A stretch of 64,000 nucleotides of DNA from an uncultured Acidobacteriota bacterium. GTDB taxonomy: Bacteria > Acidobacteriota > Thermoanaerobaculia > Multivoradales > SZUA-115. The notes below the pieces were generated by a model. That model did not search any database, was not told where the DNA came from, and saw only the letters and a list, made by a program, of their open reading frames with translations. Positions 41,269 to 52,858 of this stretch are shown piece after piece (the stretch's first letter is position 1; each line of letters begins with the position of its first letter). The DNA lies in contig CAWDVR010000002.1 of assembly GCA_963805975.1 (NCBI GenBank), positions 704,001 through 768,000 of the forward strand, written 5' to 3'. A program made the translations under genes and the position numbers.

Positions 41269-42537
41269 TCATTTCGCAAGCGTCAGCATGAAGGTCGCGC
41301 CGCGGCCGGGGTTGTTCTCGGCGGTGATGTCGCCGCCGTGGGCCTCGAGGATCCGCTTGCAGATGCTGAGGCCCAGGCCGTAGCCGCCGGTCTTCTTGGA
41401 GCGCGAGCGGTCGACGCGGAAGAAGGGCTCGAAGAGGTTGGCGAGGTCGCGCTCGGGGATCCCGGGGCCGTCGTCGGTGACGCGGAGGATGACCCTCTCG
41501 TCGGTCTCGACGACGGAGACCTCCACCGGGCGGCTGTCCGCCAGCGAGTACTTGACCGCGTTCTCGATCACGTTGCGCAGCACGGTGCGCATCTTCTCGC
41601 CGTCCAGGTCCAGGAGGATCTCGGGAGGGGCCGAGACCCTGCGCACGCCCGGCGGCCGGTCCCGGAAGCTCTCCACCATCTCTTCGAGGATCGGCACGAG
41701 ATCCTGGCGCTCGGCCCGGATGCCGCGGCCGTCGCGCAGCCGCTCGAGCTCGAGCAGCTCGGTGATCATCGCCTCCATCTCCGCCACGTCGGCCGCCATG
41801 CGGCGCTGCTTCTCGCCGTCGGGCAGCAGGGCGAGCGCCACCTTCATGCGGGTCAGCGGCGAGCGCAGCTCGTGGCTGACGTCGAGCAGCAACTGCTCCC
41901 GCGCCTGGACCATCTCCCGCACCCGCCCCACCATCTGGTTGAAGGCCTCGGTCAGGGCGCCGAACTCGTCGCGCGAGCGGCCGGGGAGGACGACCTCGAG
42001 GTCGCCCTCGGCGAGACGGCCCACGCCCTCGCGCAGGGATCGCAGCGGGCGCAGGGCGCGGCGCAGGACGGCATAGGCCGCGACCACCATGCTCACGATG
42101 AAGAGCAGCAAGAGCCAGATCATCCGATCGTGGGCCACCATCAGCCGCCGGCCGAGCGGCCACGAGACGAGGTATGTGCCGCCCCGCGGCCCCGGGGCGA
42201 GGAAGCGGTAGTACGAGCCCGGCCTGCCTTCGAGCTCGGCGATCGAAGTCAGGCCCGGGTCCGTCGTCCAGGTACCGTCGGGGCCTTCGTAGCGGATCCC
42301 GAGGTCGAGGTGCGAGGCGAGACGCCGGGCGGTCTCGAGGTCCGGTCCGGTCGCCGCCAGGATGCGCGAGTACTCCGCGATCGCCCGCCGTGCGGTGGCG
42401 AGGCCCGGGAGCACCGTCAGCCAGAAGACGCTCCCCACGGTCAGCACCAGGACCACGGCTAGCGCCACCATGATCGCCACCAGCCTGACGAAGACCGAGC
42501 GGTGCGGCCGCACCCGCGGCGGCCCCGGCTCACTCAC
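41269..42537 (-). CDS. HAMP-domain sensor histidine kinase
   Basis: 2 TM; HAMP (DEFGALTEAFNQM); DVSHELRSPL; NVIENAVKYS; DDGPGIP; GGYGLGL. Confidence 0.93.
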   Translation of the reverse strand: MSEPGPPRVRPHRSVFVRLVAIMVALAVVLVLTVGSVFWLTVLPGLATARRAIAEYSRILAATGPDLETARRLASHLDLGIRYEGPDGTWTTDPGLTSIAELEGRPGSYYRFLAPGPRGGTYLVSWPLGRRLMVAHDRMIWLLLLFIVSMVVAAYAVLRRALRPLRSLREGVGRLAEGDLEVVLPGRSRDEFGALTEAFNQMVGRVREMVQAREQLLLDVSHELRSPLTRMKVALALLPDGEKQRRMAADVAEMEAMITELLELERLRDGRGIRAERQDLVPILEEMVESFRDRPPGVRRVSAPPEILLDLDGEKMRTVLRNVIENAVKYSLADSRPVEVSVVETDERVILRVTDDGPGIPERDLANLFEPFFRVDRSRSKKTGGYGLGLSICKRILEAHGGDITAENNPGRGATFMLTLAK

Positions 42538-43237
42538 CGCCGGCACCGCCGATGAACAGGTAGCCGATCCGGCGCACGGTCTTGATGAAGGCCGGCCGCC
42601 GGGCGTCGTCGCCGAGCTTCTGGCGCAGGCGGCTGACCAGGACGTCGATCGAGCGGTCGTAGGCCTCCCAGTCGAGGCCGCGCGTCTGGTCCAGGATCCG
42701 GTCGCGGGTCAGCACCCGGCCGCGGTTGCGCACCAGGAGGCCGAGGAGCTCGAACTCGGCGGTGGTGAGGTCCAGGAGCCGCCCGTCCAGGCGGGCGGAG
42801 CGCGCCGCCCAGCTCACCTCGAGGTCCCCGGCGCGCAGGCTCTCCCCGGTCTCCGGCGGCGCGCCGCGGCGCAGCACCGCCTGCATGCGCGCCACCAGCT
42901 CCCGGGGCTCGAAAGGCTTGGGCAGGTAGTCGTCGGCGCCGAGCTCCAGCCCGACGACGCGGTCCATGACTTCCCCCCGGGCGGTGAGCATGACGATCGG
43001 GACGCGGCTCGTCTCGCGGACCTTGCGGCAGAGCGCGAAGCCGTCCATGCCGGGGAGCATCACGTCCAGGACCAGGAGGTCCGGAGGGTCCGCCTGGAGC
43101 GCGCGCAACCCCTCCTCGGGATGGGTGACGGCCCGCACCGCGAACCCGAACTGGCCCAGGTACTCCTTGAGGAGAGCGTTCAGCCCCTCGTCGTCGTCGA
43201 CGATGAGCACCCTCGCCGCTGTCGCCGGGCGGTTCAC
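42530..43237 (-). CDS. OmpR-family response regulator (start GTG 43237 or ATG 43249)
   Basis: VLIVDDD, LDVMLPGMDG, MLTARG, GADDYLPKPF, RSIDVLVSRLRQKL, IKTVRRIGY. Confidence 0.93.
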   Translation of the reverse strand: MNRPATAARVLIVDDDEGLNALLKEYLGQFGFAVRAVTHPEEGLRALQADPPDLLVLDVMLPGMDGFALCRKVRETSRVPIVMLTARGEVMDRVVGLELGADDYLPKPFEPRELVARMQAVLRRGAPPETGESLRAGDLEVSWAARSARLDGRLLDLTTAEFELLGLLVRNRGRVLTRDRILDQTRGLDWEAYDRSIDVLVSRLRQKLGDDARRPAFIKTVRRIGYLFIGGAGGE

Positions 43238-43254
43238 GGTCCCTATCATGCCCG

Positions 43255-44475
43255 CTATTCCGTCGCCAGCGCCTGAGTCGGAGGCAGCAGCGAGGCCTTG
43301 CGGGCCGGAAAGGCCCCGAAACCGACCCCGGTGGTGACGGCCATCGCCAGGGAGGCGAGGAGCGCCCGGACCGGCACGCCGACCTTCCAGTCGGTGCCGA
43401 AAGCGACGGCCCCGGCTGCCAGCGCGCCGGCCGCGACCCCGATCGCCCAGCCGCCGAGCGCGAGGACGGTGGCTTCGAGGAGGAACTGGAGGAGGATGTC
43501 CCGCGGTCTCGCTCCGACCGCCATGCGCAGGCCGGTCTCCCCGGTCCGCTCCCGGACCGAGAGCAGCATGAGCGCCAGGATGCCGGTGCCTCCGACCGAG
43601 AGCGCCAGCCCCGCGAGGCCGGTGGTGAGGAGGGTCAGAAACTCCACGGTCTCCTGCTGGCCGGCCAGGAACCGGGTCCGGTCCTGGACCGCGAAATCGT
43701 CGGGCGCTCCCTCCCTGCCGCGCCGGTGGCGCGCGCGCAGCAGCTCGCCGATCTCCGCCTCGGCCTCCGCCATCCGCGCCGGATCTCGCACGCTGACGAA
43801 GACGTTGCTCAGCCACGAAGTGTTGAACACGCGGCGCAGGGCGGTGCGCAGGGGGATGACGACCTTGGTGTCCTCGTCGGCGCCGTCGGCCTGGGCGCCC
43901 TTGGCCTCCAGCACCCCGATGACCTCGAACGGCACGCTCCGCAGGCGGATCTGGCGGCCGACGGGGCTCTCGCCGGGGAACAGCGTCTCGCCGACCCGGG
44001 CGCCGAGCACCGCCACGCGGCGCGACTCCCGGTCGTCGGCCGGGCCGAAGAAGCGGCCCTCGCGCAGCCGGAAGCGGCGGACGGCCGGGAACGCGGGCGA
44101 GGTCCCCAGCACCATGGTGAGCAGGGCGCCCTTGCCCGCCTTCACCCGCAGCATCCCTTCGGCGCTCGGTGCCGCCTCCCGGACCAGGGCCAGCTCGGCG
44201 ATCGCCTCGGCGTCCCCGACCTCGAGACTGGTCACGGTGCCGCGCACCTGCCGGCGGCCGGGGAACCTGCTCATGGCGGCCGGGCGCACCACGAGGAGGT
44301 CGGTGCCCAGGGCCTCGAGGGTGCGCGCCAGCTCGCGCTCCGCCCCCTTGCCGACGGCGGCGGTGAGGAGGACGGCCGCCACCCCGGTCGCCACGCTCGA
44401 GAGCACGAGCGCGGCCCGCACGCGGTGCGCCAGGAGCGCCCGCAGCGACGGCCGGAGAGCACGGCGGAGCCTCAT
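43255..44475 (-). CDS. MacB/FtsX-type ABC permease
   Basis: TM, periplasmic core, [41 protein letters not shown]. Confidence 0.92.
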   Translation of the reverse strand: MRLRRALRPSLRALLAHRVRAALVLSSVATGVAAVLLTAAVGKGAERELARTLEALGTDLLVVRPAAMSRFPGRRQVRGTVTSLEVGDAEAIAELALVREAAPSAEGMLRVKAGKGALLTMVLGTSPAFPAVRRFRLREGRFFGPADDRESRRVAVLGARVGETLFPGESPVGRQIRLRSVPFEVIGVLEAKGAQADGADEDTKVVIPLRTALRRVFNTSWLSNVFVSVRDPARMAEAEAEIGELLRARHRRGREGAPDDFAVQDRTRFLAGQQETVEFLTLLTTGLAGLALSVGGTGILALMLLSVRERTGETGLRMAVGARPRDILLQFLLEATVLALGGWAIGVAAGALAAGAVAFGTDWKVGVPVRALLASLAMAVTTGVGFGAFPARKASLLPPTQALATE

Positions 44476-45683
44476 CGCAGGGCGTCGGCGGGGGCGAGGC
44501 GCGCCGCCCGCTGGGCGGGCACCACGCCGGCCAGGAGACCGGTCACAGCGGCGGCCAGCAGGCCGAGGAGCATCGCCTTCGGCGAGAGGACGTCGCCCAG
44601 GCTCAGCCGCTCTGCCAGCAGCCAGGCCGCCCACGAGCCGAGCGCGATCCCCGCGAGCCCTCCACCGAGCGCCGTCACCGCGGTCTCGAGCAGGAATTGC
44701 CTGCCGATGTCCCGGGGCCGCGCGCCCACCGCACGCCGCAGGCCGATCTCGCCCACGCGCTCGTTGACCGAGGCCAGCATCAGGCTCGCCGCCACCACGC
44801 CGCCGGCCAGCAGGGTCACGGCCGCCGCCAGCGGCAGGAACACGAAGAGCACCCGCCGGGTCTTGGCCACCATCTCCTGCACCTGGACAGAGGTGATGAG
44901 CGCGAAGTCGTCCGGCTGGCCGGAGGCCAGGGAGTGGCGGTCGCGGAGGAAACGGCGGACCTCGCGGGCCGTCTCCGCCACCGCCGCCGGATCCTGCACC
45001 AGGAGCCTCGCCCCCTGGATCGTGTCGACGTTCAGCAGGCGGCGCATGGCGGTCGAGATGGGCACCACCACCTCGTCGTCGCGGTCCATGCCGTGGACGT
45101 CGGTGCCGAAGGGCTCGAGGATGCCCAGCACGCGAAACGGCACCGAGCCGATCAGGATCTCGGCGCCCAGCGGGTCCTCGTCGGCGAACAGCTCTCGGGC
45201 CACGGTCTCGCCGAGGAGCGCCACCCGCGCCGAGCCCGCCACCGCGGCGGCGTCGAAGAAGTCGCCGCGCGACACGCCGCGGCCCCAGACCTGCTCCGAG
45301 CGCTCCGACTGGCCGAGCACGCGCGCCGTGCCGTTCGCTTCGCCGTAGCGCACCGCGGCCCCGGAGAGCACCTGCTGCGGGTCCCAGGCCGCGAGGCCCG
45401 GCAGCTCTCGGGCCAGCGCCTCGAGGTCGTCGAGCGTCAGGCGGGCGGCCTGGCCGCGAGGCCCGCCCATGAAGTTGGTGCCACCGGCCGAGAGCAGGAT
45501 GGACGAGCCGCCGAAGAGCTGGCGGACGGTCGCCAGGAGCTTGCGCTCGCCGGCCTCGCCGACCGAGACCACCAGGGTCAGGGCGGCGACCCCGACCAGG
45601 GTGCAGAGCACCATGAAGCTGCTGCGGAGCTTGTAGCGGGCGAGCGTCCCGAGGCTGTGCCGGACCAGGCGTGCGGCGCTCAT
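44472..45683 (-). CDS. MacB/FtsX-type ABC permease (second paralog)
   Basis: [11 protein letters not shown] start overlapping the ATPase stop; [33 protein letters not shown]. Confidence 0.92.
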   Translation of the reverse strand: MSAARLVRHSLGTLARYKLRSSFMVLCTLVGVAALTLVVSVGEAGERKLLATVRQLFGGSSILLSAGGTNFMGGPRGQAARLTLDDLEALARELPGLAAWDPQQVLSGAAVRYGEANGTARVLGQSERSEQVWGRGVSRGDFFDAAAVAGSARVALLGETVARELFADEDPLGAEILIGSVPFRVLGILEPFGTDVHGMDRDDEVVVPISTAMRRLLNVDTIQGARLLVQDPAAVAETAREVRRFLRDRHSLASGQPDDFALITSVQVQEMVAKTRRVLFVFLPLAAAVTLLAGGVVAASLMLASVNERVGEIGLRRAVGARPRDIGRQFLLETAVTALGGGLAGIALGSWAAWLLAERLSLGDVLSPKAMLLGLLAAAVTGLLAGVVPAQRAARLAPADALR

Positions 45684-46394
45684 CTCGCCTCCCCGGCCAC
45701 CGCCGGCTGCTCGTGGCGGTCGTCGGCGATCACCCGGCCCTGCTCGAGGCGGGCGATCCGCCCGCAGTGGGCGGCGAGGCCCGGGTCGTGGGTGACCAGG
45801 ACGATCGTCTTGCCGGCCCGGTTGAGAGTCTGGAAGAGGGCCATGATCTCGCCGGCCGAGCCGCGCGTCCAGGTTGCCGGTCGGCTCGTCGGCCAGCAGG
45901 AGGTCCGGCTCGTTGACCAGGGCGCGGGCGATGGCCACCCGCTGCTGCTGCCCGCCGGAGAGCTCGGAAGGCCGATGGTCGATGCGGTCGGCGAGGCCCA
46001 CGGACTCCAGGGCCCGCCGCCCGAGGCCCTGGATCGAGGCGCGATCGGAGTAGAGGAGCGGCAGCTCCACGTTCTCGAGCGCGCTGGTCCTCGGCAGCAG
46101 GCGGAAGGTCTGGAAGACGAAGCCGATCTTGCGGTTGCGCAGGCGCGCCTGCTGGTCGACGCCGAGGCTCGCCACGTCCTCGCCGTCGAGCAGGTAGCGG
46201 CCCGCGCTGGGGCGGTCGAGCAGGCCGAGGACGTTGAGCAAGGTCGACTTGCCCGATCCGGACGAGCCGACGACGGCTACCATCTCGCCGCGCTCGATGG
46301 TGAGCGAGACCTCGCGGAGCGCCCGCACGGCTTCACCGCCGGGCCGCGTGTCGGGCCGAGTGTAGATTCTGTCGATCCCCTGCAGCTCGATCAT
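45680..46394 (-). CDS. ABC transporter ATP-binding protein (one +1 frameshift at about 45861)
   Basis: [35 protein letters not shown]. Removing one base gives [27 protein letters not shown]...GEAR*. Confidence 0.92.
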
Positions 46395-47491
46395 GGGTTC
46401 TCCTCTCCTCCGCCGGCTTCCGAAACCTGCGCCGCCGCGTCGCCGATCAGCACTTCCTCCCCCTCGCTCAGGCCCGCGACGACCTCCCAGTGGCTCTCGT
46501 CCTTGCTCCCGGTCGTGATCCAGCGCCGCACGAGCCCCTCGCCCTGGCGCGACCACACGAACTGGCGGCCGCCTTCGCGGCGCACTGCCCGGCGCGGCAG
46601 GGCCAGCACGTCCGGCCGCGTCTCGAGCGCGATCCGCACCGTGGCCGTCATCTCCGGGCGCAGGGTGCGGCCCGGTGACGGCTCGAACCGCACCACGGTG
46701 ACGTAGTTGACGACGTTGTCGCGGATCTCGGCCTGCGGGTGGACCGCCGTCACCCGGCCCGCGAGCTCCTGCTCGGGATAAGTGTCGACGGTGAAACGGG
46801 CATCCTGGCCGACCTCGATGCGCCCGATGTCGGTCTCGTCCACGTAGGCCCAGACCTCGAGGCGGGAGAGATCCAAGAGGGTCACGAAGGTCGGCGCCGC
46901 GAAGCTCGCCGCGACCGTCTCGCCTTCCTGGGTCGAGATCGAGGCGACCACGCCCGCGATCGGCGCGTGGATGCGGGTGTAGGCGAGCTGCGTCGCAGCG
47001 TAGTCGAGGCTCGCCTGCGCCTCCTTCAGGCGCTGCTCCGCGACGGCGCTGCCGCGCGCCGCGAGCTCCAGGTCGCTGGCCGAGAGCAGCTGGGCGGCGT
47101 AGAGCTCGCGCCGGCGCCCGAGATCGGCCAACGCAAAGTGCAGCTCGGCCGACCTCGATTCCAGGACCGCGGCGGCCTCGGTGCGGCGGGCCGTGAGCTC
47201 GCGGCCATCGAGCTCGGCCAGGAGCCGGCCCTTCTCGACCCGCGTCCCGATGCGCACGAAGAGCCGCGTCACGACACCCGAGATCCGCGAGCCCACGCGG
47301 ACCTCGGCGCCGATCATGGGCTTGACGACGCCCGTGGCCGTCACCACGGAGCCCACGTCGCGGCGCACCACCCGCACGGTCTCGGCGCCTCGGAGCGAGC
47401 CCTGGTCCGGCGTCGCGGCCCCTCGCCTCAGCACCACGGCCACGACGGCGACCGCGGCGACGAGGACCAGGGCGAGGACGAGTCTCTTCAT
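46391..47491 (-). CDS. MacA-like periplasmic adaptor (MFP)
   Basis: N-terminal TM; [15 protein letters not shown]; [12 protein letters not shown]; VDETDIGRI; LRPEMTA. Confidence 0.92.
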   Translation of the reverse strand: MKRLVLALVLVAAVAVVAVVLRRGAATPDQGSLRGAETVRVVRRDVGSVVTATGVVKPMIGAEVRVGSRISGVVTRLFVRIGTRVEKGRLLAELDGRELTARRTEAAAVLESRSAELHFALADLGRRRELYAAQLLSASDLELAARGSAVAEQRLKEAQASLDYAATQLAYTRIHAPIAGVVASISTQEGETVAASFAAPTFVTLLDLSRLEVWAYVDETDIGRIEVGQDARFTVDTYPEQELAGRVTAVHPQAEIRDNVVNYVTVVRFEPSPGRTLRPEMTATVRIALETRPDVLALPRRAVRREGGRQFVWSRQGEGLVRRWITTGSKDESHWEVVAGLSEGEEVLIGDAAAQVSEAGGGEENP

Positions 47492-47552
47492 GATGGCTCT
47501 CGCGAGCGGACCGGACTCTGCCCGCGAGAGCTCTCGCACCTGTTTCGGGGAT

Positions 47553-47567
47553 GTAACGGATTGCAAC
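47553..47567. promoter_or_regulatory. Possible OmpR/CpxR-type direct-repeat box
   Basis: GTAAC-N5-GCAAC in the divergent intergenic region upstream of the exporter operon, which ends in an OmpR-family TCS. Confidence 0.35.
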
Positions 47568-47625
47568 GGTAGGGCGCCTGAAGGGATGATCCGCGTCCGT
47601 CCAAATACGGCAAGGAGGTGAGACG

Positions 47626-50600
47626 ATGCCAAGCTCGAAGCTCGCCGGCCTGCTGGTTCGCGTGGAGGCGGGGGCCGGCCCCTCGCTGACCGACCATGCC
47701 CTGGGCGCGGCGGCGCCCGCCCTGGGAGCGCTGGGCTTCGCCGGGTTAGAGCCCCTCTTCACGGTGCCGGCGGGAGACGGCGCAGAGCCGGGTGTCGCGC
47801 CCGGCCCGCCGGCCGCCTGGTTCCGCGCCCCCCTCGCGGGGCCGGCCGGCGCTTCGCCCTGGGACCTCGTGCACGAGGCGGCGGCCAGCGGCCTGGGTTT
47901 CGCCGCCGGAAGCGGCGTCTACGTCGAGCCGGATCTGGAGCAGACTTTCCTCACCATCGCGCCGCGCGAAGGCCTCGCGGCCAGCAGCCACGAGGGCGCA
48001 GTCGACCCGCCCGACCCCTCCCTGCCCTCCCGTGCCGATCTCGCCTGGTTCCTGGGCGACGAGTTCTCGCAGCTCGCGGCGGCGAGGGCGGCGGCCGGCG
48101 ATCCCGGAGTCGGCCTGAGGGTCCGTATCGCGCACCTCGACACGGGCTTCGACGCCCGGCACTCGACCGTGCCGGCCCATCTGCGCACCGACCTGCAACG
48201 CAACTTCGTCGACGGCGAGCCGCCGGGGGACGCGCGGGATCCGGGCATCGACACCAACAACCCGCTCGACAATCCTGGGCACGGCACCGGCACGCTCGGC
48301 ATCCTGGCCGGCAACCGGGTGGCGGAGCTCGGCGATTTCCTCGGCGGCGCGGCGCTCGCGGAGGTGGTGCCGATGCGCATCGCCAAGAGCGTCGTGCTGC
48401 TGCGCACCAGCGCTCTCGCGAGAGCCCTCGACCACGTGAGCGGCGGCCTCGCCGGGCAACGCCTGGCCGACGTGGTGTCGCTCTCCATGGGCGGCGTCGC
48501 CTCCCGAGCCTGGGCCGACGCGGTGAACAAGGCGTACGAAGCGGGCGTCTGCCTGGTGGCGGCGGCGGGCAACAACTTCTCGGCCGGCCTCTTCGGCGTG
48601 CCGACCCGCTTCATCGTCTACCCGGCGCGCTTTCGGCGGGTGATCGCGGCCTGCGGCATCATGGCCAGCCGCGAGCCGTACTTCGGCCTGCCCTTCGGCA
48701 AGATGCAGGGCAACTGGGGACCGGCGAGCAAGATGGCGACAGCGATCGCCGCCTTCACCCCCAACGTGCCCTGGGCGGAGCTCGGCGCGCCGGCGATCGT
48801 CGACCGCAATGGCGCCGGCACCTCGGCCGCGACGCCGCAGGTGGCGGCGGCCGCGGCGCTGTGGCTAAGCCGGCACCGGGCCCAGGTGGCGCAGTACGCC
48901 CACCCCTGGCAGCGGGTCGAGGCGGTGCGCCATGCGCTGTTCACCGGCGCCGACAAGACCGCCGACGGCGGCAAGGCCGACAAGCTCGGCAACGGCATGC
49001 TGCAGGCCGCCCGCGCGCTCGCCATCGCGCCGCTGCAGGCGCCCGCGATGACGCCGCGCGACTCGGCGGCACTCGCCTTCCTGCGCGTCGTCACCGGCCT
49101 CGGGGTGGCGCCTTCGCCGCGCACCGAGATGCTCGCCCTCGAGGCCACGCAGCTCGCCCAGCTCGGGCTGGGCGCCGGAGAGCCGAACCCGTTCGAGAGC
49201 CTGGTGCCCGATCCGGACCTGCCGGCCTCGGCCATCCCTCCTACCCGGCGGCAGCGCTTCGTCGAGGCCCTGATCGAGCACCCCGCCGCCTCGCGAGCCC
49301 TCAAGGAGCACCTGCGGGAGACCTATCGCGGCGCCTACGGCCCACCGCCCACCCCGGGCAAGGCAGCCAAGCGGCAACCCCTGGCGCCCCAGACTCCTGA
49401 CCGAGGCCGACGGCCGGCAGAGGCCCCGTCGCGACGGCAGCCGGCAGGGGGCTACGCCTCCGAGCCCGTTGCCCGCCGCCTGCGCGGCTATGCCATCGAC
49501 CCCAGCCTGGAACAGCGCCTGGAGACTGCACCGATCAGCCGGGTCACCTTCACCGTTCCGTGGGAGAAGCTCGCACCCGGGCCGGTCGGCGAGTACCTGG
49601 AGGTGGTCGACTACGACCCGGCCAGCGGCTGCTTCTACGAGCCGGTCGACCTCGACTTGCCCAACCTGCTGGCGCAGGACGGCCTGCCGCCGTCCGAAGG
49701 CACGCCGCAGTTCCACCAGCAGATGGTCTACGCCGTGGCCATGCTGACCATCCGCAACTTCGAGCGGGCGCTCGGCCGCAAAGCCCTGTGGGCGCCGGGG
49801 CCGCCGCCGGAAGGCGCGCGCCCGAAGAACGACTCACGCTACGTGCAGCGCCTGCGCATCTACCCGCACGCCCTGCGCGAGGCCAACGCCTACTACAGCC
49901 CGACCAAGAAGGCGCTGATCTGTTCGGCTACTTCCCGGCCTCGGGCGACGACCCCGGCGGGCACCTGCCCGGCGGCATGGTCTTCACCTGCCTGTCGCAC
50001 GACATCATCGCCCACGAGACGACGCACGCCCTGCTCGACGGCATGCACCGCCGCTTCATCGAGCCCACCAACCCGGACGTGCTGCGCCTTCCACGAGGCG
50101 TTCGCCGACATCGTGGCGCTGTTCCAGCACTTCACCTTCCCCGAGATCCTGCGCCACCAGATCGCCCGCACCCGCGGCGACCTCGCGTTCGCAACAGAAC
50201 CTGCTCGGCCGAGCTGGCCGAGCAGTTCGGCCAGCTCGACCGGCATGCGCGACGCCCTGCGCAACGCCATCGGCCGCTTCGAGAACGGCGAGTGGAAGCC
50301 CGCCCAGCCCGACCCCAAGCAGTACGAGGTGACGACCGAGGCGCACGAGCGCGGCGCCATCCTGGTGGCGGCGGTCTTCGACGCGTTCCTCGTCGATCTA
50401 CGAGTCGCGGGTCGCCGGACCTGCTGCGCATCGCCACCGAGCGGCACCGGGCGTGCTGCCGCCGGGCGCCATCCACGCCCGACCTCGTCAACCGCCTCGC
50501 CGAAGCGGCCGCCAAGTCGGCGCAGCACGTGCTCACCATGTGCATCCGCGCCCTCGACTACTGCCCGCCGGTGGACCTGACCTTCGGCGAGTACCTGCGC

Positions 50601-51306
50601 GCCATCATCACCGCCGACTACGACCTGGTGCGCGGACGACGACCTGAACTACCGGATCGCCTTCATCGAGGCCTTCCGCCGGCGCGGCATCTACCCGCGC
50701 GACGTGCGCACGCTCTCGGTCGAGAGCCTGCGCTGGTGCGGTCCCCACAACGACGAGCACCGGCCCTCGGAAGCTCTGCTGCGCGGCCTCGAGAAGCTGC
50801 GCGACCATGCTCTGTTGCACGTCCACGCGCGGTCGCGGGAAGAGGTCTTCTACCTCGCCAGGGCGATGCGGCTCGACATGCACGACTGGCTCGAGGATCA
50901 CTTCGCCGCGAGCGGCACGAGCGGGCAGGACGCCGAGTTCCTGGGGCTCGACCCGAAAGTCGGGAGCTTCGAGATCCACTCGCTGCGGGTGGCCAACCGG
51001 GTGAGCCCCGACGGCGATCTCCTGCGCCAGGTGATCATCGAGATCCTGCAGGACAAGGAGGTGGCGGTGCACCCCGAAGACCCGAACGGCGAGAAGACCG
51101 TGGTCGAGGGCGGCTGCACAGTGGTAGCCGACCTCCAGCGGCTGCGAATCAACTACTGCATCCGCAAGAACCTGGCGAGCAAGGGCCGGCTGGCGCGGCA
51201 GCAACAGTACGTGGCGCGCTTCGGCTCCGGTTCACTGCACGCCACGTACTTCGGCAACGACGCGGCGCTCCGCGAGCCGGTCGCCAGTCTGCATCGCAGC
51301 GCCTAG
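47626..51306 (+). CDS. Cytoplasmic S8 subtilase fused to a thermolysin-like (HEXXH gluzincin) domain; multiple indels at about 49915-50640
   Basis: AAGGAGGT RBS; no signal peptide. S8 triad IAHLDTG / GHGTGTLG / GTSAATP and AAAGN. Then NAYYSP, LSHDIIAHETTH (HEXXH at 50013-50027), AFHEAFAD, HERG and RALDYCPPVD, read across shifting frames to the stop at 51306. Confidence 0.8.
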
Positions 51307-51331
51307 CAGCCCGTGCGAAGGAGGTGTGGAG

Positions 51332-52858
51332 ATGAAAGTGCGCGTCCGGATGTACCGCCAGGGGCTGGGTGACTGCTTCCTCCTCACCTTCGACGAAGGG
51401 CCGGCGGCGAAACACGTGCTGATCGATTGCGGCACGCTGGGGGCGACGACGACGGGAGTGGCGATGGCGGACGTGGTGCAGCACATCCACGATCAAACCG
51501 GGGGGCACCTTACCCTCCTCGTCGCCACCCACGAGCACAAGGACCACGTCTCGGGCTTCCTCACCCGGCAGGCGACCTTCGATCAGATCCAGGTCGATCA
51601 CGTCTGGCTGGCCTGGACCGAGGACGCCGAGGACGACCTGGCAAAGGAGCTCCAGAAGCACAAGGGCGACCTGCTCAGCGCCTTGAAGCTCGCCGCGGCG
51701 ACGCTGGAGAAGAACGACGCGCCCTTCGCCGCCGACCGCAAAGCGACGGCCGAGGTGGGCAGCGGCATCCGCAAGCTGCTGGCGTTCTACGACGAGGAGG
51801 CGCTCGGGGCCAAGCTCGCCACCACCATCAACGAGGCGATGGACTGGGTGACGCGCAAGATGTTCGCGGCCGGGGACGACTTCCTGCTCCCCGGCGGCGA
51901 GGCGATCGAGCCGGAGTGGCTGCCGGGGTGGCGCTTCTACGTGCTGGGGCCGCCGCACGACAAGAAGGCCCTCGCCAACATGGGCGAGCATGGCTCACCG
52001 GAGCTCTACGAGCTGGGGGCCCGGCAGGCCGCCAGCCTGATGGCGAGCGTCGCCTTCTTCGCCGCCGGTGAATCGCTCGAGCAGTACTACGCCGGGCTCG
52101 AACCGGACGATCGGCAGGAGCTCGCGCGCGGCCTGCCCTTCGACCTCCGGCACCGGCTGGAGGCCCACGACCGAGAGGTGCAGGAGCAGTACCGCGACAC
52201 CTACTATCGCGACGAGGACGCCTGGCGCCGGATCGACTACGACTGGCTGGGAAGCGCCGCCGACCTGGCGCTGCAGCTCGACAGCCAGACCAACAACACC
52301 AGCCTGGCGCTCGCCATCGAGAGGATCGCGGACGGCCGCGTGCTGCTCTTCCCCGCCGACGCGCAGGTCGGCAACTGGCTCTCCTGGCACGCCGACGCCA
52401 TGAAGTGGAAGGTGAAGGACGCCGCCGGGGTGGTGCGGCAAGTGACCGCCAAGGAGCTGCTCGCCCGCACGGTGCTCTACAAGGTCGGCCACCACGCCAG
52501 CCACAACGCCACGATCCGAGAGCAGGGCCTCGAGCTGATGGCCAGCCCCGAGCTCACGGCGATGATCCCGGTGGACCGGGCGGTGGCGATCAAGAAGACG
52601 CCGCCGTGGCAGATGCCGGCACGCGGCCTCTACAAGCGTCTGCTCGAGAAGACCCAAGGCCGGGTGCTGCGCTCGGATGTGGGATGGGCGCGCCCGGACG
52701 CCGACTTCAAGAAGCTCTTCACCGCGCAGGAGTGGAGCGCGTTCGAGGCCCAGCAACAGGCGACGATGGACGCCAAACGGGTCGAGATCGACAAGCTCGA
52801 CCCAGCCACGGGGGTCGAGCAGCCCGGGAGCCTGTTCATCGACTTCGTGCTGGACTAG
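51332..52858 (+). CDS. Metallo-beta-lactamase-fold hydrolase, ComEC/Rec2-like, with large insertions
   Basis: AAGGAGGT RBS; GLGDCFLL, VLIDCG, THEHKDHVSG (HxHxDH), NNTSL, LFPADAQ, YKVGHHASHN; no signal peptide or TM. Confidence 0.88.
   Translation: MKVRVRMYRQGLGDCFLLTFDEGPAAKHVLIDCGTLGATTTGVAMADVVQHIHDQTGGHLTLLVATHEHKDHVSGFLTRQATFDQIQVDHVWLAWTEDAEDDLAKELQKHKGDLLSALKLAAATLEKNDAPFAADRKATAEVGSGIRKLLAFYDEEALGAKLATTINEAMDWVTRKMFAAGDDFLLPGGEAIEPEWLPGWRFYVLGPPHDKKALANMGEHGSPELYELGARQAASLMASVAFFAAGESLEQYYAGLEPDDRQELARGLPFDLRHRLEAHDREVQEQYRDTYYRDEDAWRRIDYDWLGSAADLALQLDSQTNNTSLALAIERIADGRVLLFPADAQVGNWLSWHADAMKWKVKDAAGVVRQVTAKELLARTVLYKVGHHASHNATIREQGLELMASPELTAMIPVDRAVAIKKTPPWQMPARGLYKRLLEKTQGRVLRSDVGWARPDADFKKLFTAQEWSAFEAQQQATMDAKRVEIDKLDPATGVEQPGSLFIDFVLD

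Noticed and set aside
44472-47762. 1096-aa MacB-like ATPase-permease fusion ORF
   Set aside because: The ATPase H-loop (LVTHD) and its stop at 45680 are in another frame after a +1 base near 45861, and the permease has its own overlapping ATG.
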